From positions 248,001 to 284,384 of the forward strand of contig JAYWIR010000088.1 of the NCBI GenBank assembly GCA_036172245.1: DNA of 36,384 nucleotides. Direction: 5' to 3'. Shown piece by piece: positions 20,346-32,200 of this stretch. A program made the position numbers and the translations under genes. The notes under the pieces were generated by a model. The model saw nothing but the letters and a program-made list of their open reading frames with translations. It was not told where the DNA came from and ran no database searches. The stretch comes from Raillietiella orientalis (lineage: Eukaryota). The first letter of the stretch is position 1. Each line of letters begins with the position of its first letter.

Positions 20346-22021
20346 TACTGCTGGGAAGATTAAGGTGTGGGGGAGCCCTCCTCTTGCGAGGCGGGCGGGA
20401 TGTCCATGGGGGTTTCGGCCTTCTCAGGCACCTGAGGCACCTGTTCGGCCTCCACCCCCTCCATCCCTTCCGTGTCTGTGCGTGGGAGTCTCTCGGGCGA
20501 CGGGTCCAGAGAGTCTCTTACGCTCATGGCACCCTCGCTTGCGGAAGCCATCTCTTCCCCTTCGACGGGGGAGACGAGCTTTCTTGGCTTTGTGGACTTA
20601 CGTCCAGCCTTCTTGCGCGGTGCCGTGTAAACGGAGGCTGCGCTTCCGGCCTCCACCTCGGGGTCGGAAGTGGGGGACTCCTGAGGAAAGGCCGGACGCC
20701 TTACGGCCTTCTTGCCAGCCTTGGAGGGTTCTGGCTGCAACGAGGCTGCCAGCTCCTCCGCAGCTCGCGCGAAGGCTACGTCATCGATGGTGGTATCGAT
20801 GACGGACGCCGTCGCCGGCTCGCTCCATTCGCTATTGACTGTGTCAACAGAGGGGAGGTCGTCGGTAGCGGCGAGTTCTTTCCGGCAGCGTTCGGCAACA
20901 TCGAGAACGCGTTCGACAACGACGCTGCACTCTTTAATCATCGTGCTACCCTGCTTTTTGATCTTCTGTTGGTAGGCGAATTTCTTTTCCATCCTCCTCT
21001 CCTTCTTTGATTTATCGGCCGTTGCCACTTGCGACCCAGTCTCCTGACCGGCTCCCTCAACTTTTTCGGCGTTGTTCGCCGGGGTCTAGGGTGCAACCTG
21101 GGTCTTGGGCGCGGGTGGCACAGCCTTCGCGGCAGCTTTCGCCGCCAGCCTTTTCTGCAGAAGCCGGGTGCGGTTTTTAAGGTTTCTCTTGGAAGCCACC
21201 CGCACTGCTGCTTTCGGGCACACCTCCCTCGTGTGGCTTATTGTGCCGCATACTTGGCACTGCACATTGGGACACCTCTTTTTGAGGTGGTTCGACGTAT
21301 TACAGAAGCCACAGTATTTCGGCTTCCCCACATACCAGAGGTCGACGGTTTCGTCTTCGACCACCAGCTTGTGGGGAAGAGTGCAGCCCTCCCGAACGGT
21401 CACGCGCGCAACAGTGAGCCCGTGTTGCAGCCCCGTGTAGTCCTCGAAAGGACTCACTTTCGTCCACTGCGCGTGGACCGTTCCGAACTGTTCCAAAGCG
21501 GCGCGAAAGTGTTCTTTGCGCATTCGCGCGGTGACGCCTAACAGGTGGACCACCATGCTGCGGTCCGCCGTAGTGGGGAGAAGCCTGCGCGTCCCCATCA
21601 CAACGGGGGTTTCAAGCAGTCGTTGGGCCAGCTCTGCATGTTTGCAGATGACCTCAACGTACTGACCCCCGCTGCGGATGGCCATAGCGCTAAGCTCCTC
21701 CACTTTCACATCGAGAGCGCGCATGCCCTGCGAGGAGGCGCGCGCGCTCTCTAAAGAATATAAATTGCCTACCTTGTAGAACAATGAGGGGTTGTACCGC
21801 TCCTCTACATAGGCCGACAATTCCGCCGCGGCTGCAGGCGATGGCGCCGACTCAACAACGTTCCGCGCCGGCGCTTCAGCGGGAACCGATTCTGTGGGGG
21901 CGGATGCCCCCACCTCAATCGCCTCTGGGGGCGACGTTGATGCCGCCTCCTGGCTCTCGATCGCCTTTGGGGGCGGCGTTGTCGCTGCCCCCTGGCCATC
22001 CCTGGTGGTCGCGTCAGGCAT
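20345..22021 (-). pseudogene. ORF1 of E2 (disrupted)
   Basis: MPDATT start. Knuckles CGFCNTSNHLKKRC and CQVCGTISHTREVC. Stops at 21088-21086 and 20362-20360. Confidence 0.88.
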
Positions 22022-22115
22022 CGCTGCCTGATCGACCAACGAACCACACGACGCTTGCACTGGGGAAGACTTCTTGGCACGAGGAGCATCGAGAGAACAC
22101 GTTCGCCCTAGAGCG

Positions 22116-24221
22116 CACAAGGCGTTCGACTGTGTAGAACAGGAACTCCTCTTGGAGCTCCTGGTTCGCATGAGCTTCCCACCCTCCCTGATTTGCTACC
22201 TGCGCTCTTGGTTGCGGAATGCGATAACTATCGTCTCCTTCAACGGTCACAAGGTGCATGGCGTGCCGGTGGGGCGGGGCATAAGGCAGGGAGATAGTCT
22301 CAGCCCCCTGCTCTTCAGCACCTACTTTGAGTTGGTGCTGAGAGCGTAAAGGGTGACTCTGGCCCCATTGCCGAGCTCGTTCCCCGGCACGCCCGCCGTT
22401 GCAGCGTACGCCGACGATCTTCTGCTCTTGTTGCCAATATCCACCCCGGCAAAGGCTGTCGGAGATTTCTTCGATCTGCTCAGCCGCGGGACCGGACTGC
22501 AGGTTAACCGGGCGAAGTCGTCGCTTGTGCCAATAGGCGCGGCGAGGCCAGGGCAGCAGGACTGGGTCCGTCTGGGGATCCCCACGGCGAGGTGCTTCAA
22601 GTACCTTGGTGTGCCGTCGGGGGACTACTCCCCTGCGGAAGCATGGTCCAGCTGCCTCCAAAAAGTCGAGACGGCGATCGGACCGTTCCTGTAAGGCAAG
22701 TTTCACTTGCCGGAACGGGCCGCGGTTTGGAACGCCTTCACGGCCCTCATCCTCCACCCCTTGCTTTTTGTTTGCCCCGCCCCAGGAGTAGTTAAAAAGA
22801 GGACGAAGGACCTCCTCCGCATCGCCCTTTGGGGCAAAAGGAGGCCCCGAGTCCCTCTGAAGGACTTGTGCGCTCCGCGTCTGGACGGCGGTCTTGGCCT
22901 CCTGACGCTGGAGCGCGTGAAGAAGCAGCTGCGGTGGCGAACCTTCGCCATCGCAGCGAAGATGTGGAGCACCCCTTGGTGCACTCCGGCCCGTCTCCTG
23001 GCCAGCCGTGTATCCCGGTGCGATGGACTCGCGTCTTTTCTTCTGAGCCGTGGCCGGAAGTTGCGAAGATGCGGCCTACTGCTCGGGCGCATGGCAACAT
23101 TGGCCAAGGAGAACAGCTGGATGGTTTGCTGCCCCGCCAACTCCCCCGCCTGGCTGGAGGAGAATATTGGAACGTGGGTAGTGGTTAACCAGAGAAGCTA
23201 GGAGACGTGGAATCGTCTCCGATGCAGCCCCTACTCCCGCTGCACGCTGCGGAATCTCCTGGAGAGTCCAGCAAGATGCACGTGGGCAGAGACGACCTGC
23301 CTAGCTACGGCGCTGCCCTTCCTGAGGAGGGCACTTCACAGCAGCCGGACGCCAAGGTGGCAAGTCTCCTGCTGCATCGAGGGACGCGAGAAGTTGATCA
23401 GCGGCTGGACAACAGGAGAACTGGCCGACGCCACGACCCCGAGCGTCCAGCCGCGAGAATTATTAAGATGGGGCGAGCTGCTCACCATCCCCAGGGATGA
23501 GCTGAAGTGGCCCCCGGTGATGAAGGAATCCAGGATCCTGCCCCTCAAGTGGCAAGAGTCGGCGTAGCTTTTGTTGCACTGGGGTCTACCCTGCAACGCG
23601 CGCCGCTTCCACTGGACGATAGGAACTGTGGATCCTGCATGTGCCAGGTGCGGGGAGCGGGAGTCTCTCCCCCACCTTATTGTGGATTGTGCTGCCCTCC
23701 GACCCCTTTGGGAACGTTTCGAGACGACCCTCGGGCTCCCTACGGGGAGCACCCCTAGAGACGTTCTTCGGCCCCTTTTCGTGAAGGACGCACTGCAGCC
23801 AGCCGCAGACATCGCAGCCTTGTGCTGTGTCCGTGGAATCGTGGCGGCATGGAGGGACGTTAATAAAGAAGGAGTGGGTCCACAGGCGAGGGCTGTCATC
23901 CCGTATACCCAACGCTTCTTGCGAAGAGCTGCCGGATGGCCCCAACTAGGAGATATGCGGAGAGACCTCGAGGGCTTTCTTCGAAGGATGGGCCCTCCTC
24001 ACAGCGACCAGTGATCCCTACCCTTCCCTGCAAACTCTTTTTGTTTTTTTATTTCTTTATTTTTCTTTTTGTTTTTCCCCTCATCCCCTTGCGCTGTCGG
24101 GGAGTGCCACGCCGGCGGCGTCCCGGTGTCCCGACAGGTCCTGTGTTTACGGCCGTGGTGGGTCCTTGTACCACGCATGTAAAGTTTATTGATAAACGCC
24201 CCGGGCGTACCCGGGTGATAA
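22116..24221 (+). mobile_element. Element E1, 3' half (RT core from HKAFD, C-terminus to stop at 24014, 3' UTR)
   Basis: Begins with the right TSD copy. GIRQGDSLSPLLF, AYADDL, CARCGERESLPHLIVDC. Terminal cccggg-cgta-cccgggtgataa. Pairing with the 5' half rests on the TSD. Confidence 0.85.
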
Positions 24222-24239
24222 CGCCGAATCGCTTGGCGA

Positions 24240-26891
24240 GTGGATGTGTGTTTCCTTCGCTCCCGAGTGAGTCGACAGGAAGCGGTTGTTTCTTTGTGTG
24301 TGTTCGTGTGGAACATCGTTGGTGTTCGATGGCAGCGATGCCTGAGGACGCCACGATGGAGGTAGGTGTGGGGGAGGCTTGCCCACCCCCACATCCTACA
24401 GAATCAGAAGCGTCCGCCCCGGAATCGCCCTCGCCGCCCAAGGCGAGGAACTGGAGCGCCATGGTGGCCGCGCCGAGCGCGAAACCGTGGCCGAGATGGC
24501 GGCCTACCGGGCAGCTAGGTACAAGCACAGCCTGGTGTACCAGGTAGGCAATCTCTTTGACGGGTGAACTGCACGCGCTTTTTCGAAAGCGCTGCAGAAC
24601 GCCAACGTGTTGGAAGAGGATCTTGACGGTCTATCCGTGCTCAGCGGGGGTCAGCACGTCGCGGTTGTCTGCAAGGACATCACCTTGGCGCAAAGCTTGA
24701 TAACCACCCCGCTGAACGTGGACGGACGCAAGATCCTACCAGTCACGATGGACCGCTCCGTAGTGGTTCATCTGACAGGGATCACCAGCCGCATGACGCG
24801 GTCTGCGGTTGGTGATCAGTTAAGAAAGTATGGAGATGTTCACGCGGTATGGCCAAAGGCCACAATCTTCGATGGCTACGATAGCCTTTTCGGAGGGCAG
24901 GCCGCCGCGCGCGTGACGGTGAAGGAGAGTGGGCTTCCCCACAAACTAGAGGTCAATGGCGAAGTCGTAGACCTCTGGTACGTGGGGAAACCCCGCTTTT
25001 GTGGCTACTGCAATGCAGTAGGACACTTGCGCAAGCGGTGCCCGAACATTGTGTGCCACTTATGCGGGGAGAAGGGCCACGTACGCCGCGTATGCCCTAA
25101 ACGCCCCACTCCGGTGCCGCCTGCTGCAAAGAAAGCACAGGCAAAACGCGATGAACTGGTGGAAAGACCAAAAAGAGATACTGGCCGGCAGCAGCCGCTA
25201 GCCCCTGTTCCTCCCACACAGGCGTCGGAAGAAAAACCCTCCGAAGACGCGGGAGTCCAAGACGGCTGGCAGCTGGTCAAGGCCAGGAAGGAGAAAAAAA
25301 TGCCCCCCGCGGAACCCGCGAAAGCGGTAAAAAAGACAGCCGGCAAGGCAAAAAAACCTGGGCCGCGCTCCAAGACCATGCGGGAGTGTACGGTAGCACT
25401 GATGCGCATAGCCGTTCCCGAGATTGCCACCCGGGGCGACGAGCCTTCCCTCGCCGTTTCCGGGGAGCCCGAGGTTCGCGAAGGCGAACCCTCTGTTTAC
25501 ACAGAGGGTGAGCCCCGCGAAATAGCGGCGGTCGAAGCCGCGGACGCCGCGTTCGCGCAGGCGGCCGAGGAGCTCGCGGTCACTCTGGCCGAGCGTGGGA
25601 ACCCCTCGCGCAAGGCAGTGCGAAAGCTGGCTCCGCCCAAGAAGGCCCACGCAGGTGAGTTCGACCTGGAAGCCGGAAGTGCATCCTCCTCCTCGGAGGC
25701 ACCCCCCAGGAAGTCGGGACGCAATTCCCAGAAACCCAGGAGGCGCCTCCCCTCCACGAGCGAGGAGGAGAAGCAGGAAGCTAGCGGTAGCGTGGGAATC
25801 CCGGAGGGGGAACTCCCACGCTCGGAAGCCGTCGAGCCGGCCACCCCCATGGAGGAGGGTGAGCAGGAGGGCGAAGTCCTCCCTGCAGTCGCAGAGCCTA
25901 AACAGCCCGCCCCCATGTAGGAGGGCCAACAGGTAGGCGCGACCCCACCTGAGGGTGACCCGCTCGACGCGCCGTTACCCATGGAGAAGGGGGACCAGGT
26001 GCAAGCTTCGCCTGACTCTCCTCCTCCACCTAGCGTCCCGCCCCAACAGGCGGCGGACGCCGCATCGCCATCTTCGCAGGAGTAACAGCTGGGCTCGCCA
26101 GTCGCCGTCGGATTCGCGCCGCCTGTTGGGACGTCAACGGGCTGCGCGACGACGGTAACAGGCGAGATACGGCCGACACCCTGCGTGAGCTCGACCTTTC
26201 CCTGCTGTAGGAGATCCACGTGATCACCGCGGCAGACGTCCAGGAGATCGAGACGATCGCGGGGGGTCGGTTGTATTGGCGAAGCGGCCTCCGCAACACC
26301 TGCGGGGTCGCGTTCTTCGTGAAGCCGGCCATCGGCGCTGCCGTGAAGGGCGTGCGCTTCGATGACGACGGTCGTATCGGCCAGATGATTCTCAGCTGTT
26401 CCGAATCGATCGATCTGATCATCACGAATGTGTACGCCCCCAGAGGCAAAAAGGCTCATCTCGATTGTACCAATTTGCTGGATTCCCTGAAGCGCGACTG
26501 GCTGGCGGAAACAAACGTGCGAAAGGCTCACCTAATAGCTGGAGACTTCATTCTCCGCCTGGTAACAGGTGAGCCTGAAACACAAGAGAACGCGATGAAC
26601 GAGTTGTGCGCCGCCATGCGGGCGCGCAACTTGTTCGCGGGTGAGAGGGAAATGATCCGCAGTATCGACCACGTCTTCCTTGACGCTGACCTGTGTTCAC
26701 GGGACGGCACACGAGGGAGATTGCGTCGACGCTGTAGGACCATTCCCCGCTAATTTTCGAGATGCCACCTCGAGACAAGCGACCGCCATCTAGGGAGTGT
26801 AGTATGCCGGGGGACTAAACGCGACTCTCAGGTGCGAAGGAACACCTTCGCGAATTACTGAGAGGCGTCACGCTCCAGAGTCTCTCTTCAA
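24240..26891 (+). mobile_element. Element F: 5' part (ORF1 24329-26085, endonuclease 26085-26891), decayed
   Basis: 5' gtggatgtgtgttt. Knuckles CGYCNAVGHLRKRC and CHLCGEKGHVRRVC, motifs NVYAP, GDF, SIDH. Ends at the (WD)LFK-coding ctcttcaa. Confidence 0.9.
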
Positions 26892-29232
26892 ACCCGGTAC
26901 GCCGTGACGTTTATTTGTTCAAATAAACTCATATAAACTGTGAATGGACCAGTAGTCCAGCCACGCCCTGGAAACATTCAACCTGCCGGGCTACCGGTGC
27001 ACAGACCGGCGCGGTCGACCTCGGCAGCAGAGGAAAGAAGGAATCAAAGAAAAACAAAACAAAAAAATAAACAAAACCGGGGAGAGAGCGAAAAGGGATC
27101 ACTGTCTGCTGGGAGGGTCCGTCATCCTATGGAGGATGCCGGCAAGCTCTCGCTGAATGGTGGGTTCCAGATGGGGCCATCGCGTCGCTATCCTCAGGAA
27201 ACGGGCCGCGTACACGGTGGCGTCCCTGTCGCTGGACCCTCCCGTCGCTTTGTTCCAGGCCACGACGATCCCGCGTAGTCAGCACAGGGCTGCAAGCGAG
27301 GCCGCCGGAGGCAGAGCATCACGGACGAAGAGGGGGTGCAAAGCGTCTCTGGGGTTGCCTCCGGGGATCCCCAGGACGGCGGCAAAGCGTTCCCACGAGG
27401 GACGGAGGGCAACACATTCCACTAGCAGGTGGGGGAGGTATTTTCTCTCCCCGCACCTGACACAATTGGGGTTGAGACCCCCCGCGTCCAGTGATGTCGG
27501 CGGGCATTGCAGGGGAGGCCCCAATGCAACCCCAGGAGTGCCGACTGTTGCCACTTCATGGAGAGGGTGCGCGAGTCCATGAGCACCGGGGGCCACTCCA
27601 GATGTTCCTCCGGAACATCCAGTAGCTCGCCCCAGCGCAAGAGTCCGTGTGGGGTGGTACTCGGGGTCCCAGCGTTGGTGAGCTGACCCGTTCTCCAATC
27701 TCCGATCTTCTTTGCCCTGCTGGCGATCTTGACAGTAAGCTCCCATTGTGCCGCGACGTCGCTGCCCAGATGTTCCCGTAGGGTAGGCAGTACCGCAGCA
27801 AGGGAGGTTCTTTGTGCCCACGCTCTCCTTCGGGGATTCTCGATGATTTCTCGGAGCGTGCGGCGGGCATGCGGCCCGAGCAGAGCTATTCGCTCGTGTT
27901 GCGGGCTCTGCTCCTGAATCATCGCCCACGTGCGGACGGTTTCCTGCAACCAGGCAGGACGGTTCGCGGGGCGTACGAGGATCCGCGCCGAGTTGTTCTT
28001 CACGAGCTTGGCCGCCCTTCGAAGTTGAAGTCCGCAGTGGCAGATGGGGCTTCGAAGTGCAAAGTAGGACGAGAGTCCCGCATTGCCGGTGGGCCGCTCG
28101 ACGAGGAGACGTGCAGGGAGGCACCAAGGGGTGCACCAATTTTCTGCCATAAAGGCAGCAACTCAGAACTGGAGCTGTAGCTCCAGCCGCTCCAACGTCA
28201 GGAGGCCCAGACCACCATCCCGACGAGGAGCGCACAAGTCCGAAATACGGAATCGGGGCCTCCCTCTGCCCCAAAGGGCGATCCTCAGGAGGTCCTTTGT
28301 CCGCTTTTTAATCCTCTCTGTGGGGGGGAAAACAAAAAGCAGGGGGCGGAAGAGAGGAGCCGCGAACGTGTTCCAAACCGCAGCCCGTTCAGGCAGGAAA
28401 AACCTGCCGCCTCGAAACGGGCCGATCGCCGTCTCTACTTTTTGAAGGCAGCCGGACCACGCTTCCGCAGGGGAGTAGTCCCCCAACGGAACACCAAGGT
28501 ACTTGAAGTACCTCACCGTGGGGATCCCCAAACGGACCCAGTCCTGCTGCCCTGCCCACGCCGCTCCGACTGGCATTACGGACGACTTCGCCCTGTTCAC
28601 CGTCAGTTCTGTTCCCCGACTCAGCAGGTCGAAGAACTCCTCGACCGCCGCAGCCTAAGTGGACATAGGCAGCAGCAGCAGAAGGTCGTCCGCGTACGCC
28701 AAAACCGCAGGCCTACCGGGGCAATCGCACGGCAGGTGCGCCAGAGTCTCCCTATACGCTCTCAGCACCAATTCGAAAAAGGCGCTAAAGAGCAGGGGGC
28801 TCAGGCTGTCTCCCTGCCGTATGCCGCGTCGCACCGGTACTCCGTGCACGATTTGCCCGCTGAAAAGAACATTAATGAGCGCGTCGCGCCAGCTGGAGCG
28901 CAGGTAGGCCAACAAAGAGGCCGGGAAGCCCAAGCGTTCCAGAAGCTCCAGCAGGAGATTCTGGTCGACGCTGTCGAATGCTTTGCGCAAGTCGACAGCG
29001 ACCGCAAGGGCTCCCTTCCCCACCCGACCGTTCCGTCTCCCGCCAACGGACGCACCGAAATTCCGGCTGCTCAATAAGCTTCTTCCTTTTCGGAGCTCTA
29101 ACCATGTGGAAGCGTGGAACAGGTTCGCCTTCATGCTCCGCCCGGGACCAGCATAAGTCTGTTCCGGGCTGATGAAGATGTTGGCAACCCGTCCCAGATG
29201 CTCTGCCCACATCTTGGCTATCAACTTGGCGT
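26892..29232 (-). mobile_element. Element G: 3' half (RT from DAKL, C-terminus to stop at 27101-27099, 3' UTR)
   Basis: AKLIAKMWAEHL, DLRKAFD, GIRQGDSLSPLLF, AYADDL, CVRCGERKYLPHLLVEC. AATAAA and a degenerate terminal hairpin. Confidence 0.92.
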
Positions 29233-32200
29233 GCGGACGTGTTTTTTCCGCGCTCCTCTGCGCCTGTTGTAAAGCGTTCTTTTTCGGTAGTGCTTGTGTG
29301 TGGAGCATCTGCGGTGTCCAATGGCAGAAATGCCTGAGGATACCGCGATGGAAGTCGGCGGGGGAGAGGATTGCTCCTCTCCCCAACCTATTGAGGTGGG
29401 AGCAACCGCCCCCACGGAGGAGAGAGCAACCGCTCCCTTGAAAAAGGGGGCAACCGCCTCTCCGTAAACGAGGGCTACTGCCACCTTGAAAAAGGGAGCA
29501 ACCGTCCTCGTGCAAAAGGCCGCAACCGCCCCCTTGAAAAAGGGGACAACCGCCGCCTTGGAAAAGGCCGCAACCGCCCCCTTGAAAAAGGGGACAACCG
29601 CCGCCTTGGAAAAGGCCGCAACCGCCCCCTTGAAAAAGGGGACAACCGCTGCCTCGGAAAAGGGCGGAAACGCCTCCTTGAAAGAGGGGGCAACCGCGTC
29701 CTTGGATCCACCTGCTCCATTAACGAAGACCTGGAGCTCCGTGGCTGCAGCGCCATCTCCTGCTGCCTTAGCAGAACAACGGGCCTACCGGGAACAAGGA
29801 TACAAGCCGTCCTTGATTTACAAGGTAGGAAACCTGTTTATAGGGAACACCGCTCGTAACTTTGAAAGGGAGTTACAGCGGTTGGATGTTAAAGAGGAAG
29901 ACCTGGAAGGTCTCTCCGTGAAGAGTGGGGGCCAGCGGGTGGAGCTGACGTGCAAAAATGCAAGTCTGGCTCAACGCCTGCTGAACACTCCCATCACTCT
30001 GGAAGGCCGAAAGATCTTCCCTGTAACGGAGGACCGCTCCATTGTTGCCCACCTTACGGGAGTAACTCTTCGCATGACCAAAGCTGGCGTGCAGGAAGAG
30101 TTACAAAAACATTGTACGGTGCACGCGCTCTGGACCAAGCCCAACGCCTTCCAAACATACGGAAGACTGTTAAGTGGCATGGCTGCAGCGCGTTTGACGG
30201 TCCACGAAAACGGTGGGCTGCCTCACAAACTCGACGTCGACAACGAGGTCGTCGACGTCTGGTACGTGGGCAAGTCCAAGTACTGTGGGCACTGTGATGC
30301 AACAGGACACCTGAAAAAACGGTGCCCCCACATCCAGTGCTTCCACTGCGGCAAAAAGGGCCACTTGCGGAAGGTGTGTTTTAAACGCGAAACCCCGGCT
30401 CCCCCTGCTTTGAAAAAAGCCAAAGGGAAACGCGCGGGGCGATCGGACAAGCCTAAGGAGGCACCCGAGAGGCGGAACCCACAGCCAGAGCCCGAACCCG
30501 TGCAGCAAGCGCCGGTCAAGGGTACTCCCGACGACGCTGGAGAGAGCGAGGGCTGGCATAAGGGGAAGCATAAAAGTAAAAAATTAAAGAAAACCGAAGA
30601 ACCGACAGCGGAACCCGCGACATCTTCTTTAAATAGGAGACAACGCCGCGCGCTGCTCCGCGAATGTTCGGTCGCTTTGGAGCGAGTGGAGATCCCCGAG
30701 ACCTCCACCGGGGGAGATATCTCCCGCCTTGTTGACGCCGAAGCCGCAATCAAAAAAGGCGAACCCTCTGTGCAAACAGAGGGGGAGCCGAGCGACGCGC
30801 TCACCGCAATCGAGGATGCCGCTTACCAGCAGGCGGCGGAAGAGCTCGCGGCCGAAATCGCAAAGCGTGAGAACGGCGCGCGAAAGGCCTTGCGAAGGCC
30901 GGCCGCGAGCAAGGCACCTCGGACAGGTGAACACGAACCGGATGCCGGAAGTGCGTCCTCGTCCGCATAGGCGCCTCCCTAGAAGACTGGACGGAAGTCC
31001 AAGAATCCCAAGAGGCGCATCCCGACAAAGAAGGAGGGGGACGCACCGGCATCCGAGGGGGAAGCCGGCAGCGTGGGAACGGAGGGAGGGATTTTCCCAC
31101 CCTCCGCTACCGAGCAGCTGGAGACCCCGATGGAGGAGGGGGATAAGGTGAGTGATTGCCGCCCCCTCCCAACGGTGGAACCTGTCCAAGAGATAGCCAT
31201 GGAGGAGGGGGAGCAGACAGCTGACAACCGCTCCCCCCTGCCGTCCAACGCAGCCGACGAATCGGCCCCCATGGAAGAGGGGGAGCAGGTGCGTGGAACC
31301 CGCCCCCTTCAACCTTTGCGGTTCGCCGAGGAAGCGGCCCCCATGGAGGAGGGAGAACCGGTGCGCGGTGATCCCGTTCCTCCATCCGTCTCGCCCGACC
31401 AGGTGGCGGGAGCCCCATTGCCACTTTCCCAGGAGTAACACCTGGGCTCGCCTGTCGCCGTCGATTAGGCGTGGCCTGCTGGAACGTGAACGGGCTGCGC
31501 GACGACGGCAACAGACAAGACACGGCCGCGACCCTGCGTGACTTCGACCTGGCACTCCTGCAGGAGATCCACGTGATCACCGCGGAGAACGCCCAGGAGA
31601 TCGAAAGGATCGCAGGGGGACGGTTGATGTGGCAATGCGGCACCAGATACACCTGCGGCGTCGCGTTTTTTATGAAGCCGGCAGTCGACGCAGCCGTGAA
31701 GGGCGTGCGCTTCGACGAAGCCGGTCGTGTCGGCCAGCTGATTCTCAGGTGGACCGACACGATCGACCTCGTCGCAACAAATGTGTACGCTCCGAGCGGT
31801 CCTACCAGGTACCAGGAACGTAAGGCGTTCCTAAAAACCCTGAAGCGCGACTGGCTGGCGGAAGCGAACGTGCGCGTGGCTCACCTGATAGCGGGAGACT
31901 TTAATCTCCGCCTGCTATCAGGTTAGTCACACACACAGGAACGGACGGCTAACGAGTTGTGCGCCGCCATGCGCACGCGCAACTTGTTAGGGGATCTTTC
32001 GGAAATGGTCAGCAGCATCGACCACGTCTTCCTGGATGTCGACCTGTGTTCACGGGTCGGCAAACGGGGGAAAGTTGCGTCGGAGCTGTCTGACCATTTC
32101 CGGTTGATATTCGAGGTGTGCCCGCGCGACAAGGGCTCCCCATCCAGGACGTGGCGTCTGCCTGGGGACTAGACGCGACTCTCAGGTGCGAAGGAACACC

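Larger units (their letters stand above)
18884..22115 (-). mobile_element. Element E2, 5' half
   Basis: 5' variant motif gcgaacgtgttc near 22106-22095. ORF1, TAATG overlap, endonuclease and RT start end at WRPITIVNADARLL. Confidence 0.9.

Noticed and set aside
29402..29689. CRISPR-like palindromic repeats alternating with spacers
   Set aside because: The 'spacers' are variants of the same 24-bp unit, in frame within ORF1, and no cas genes are present.
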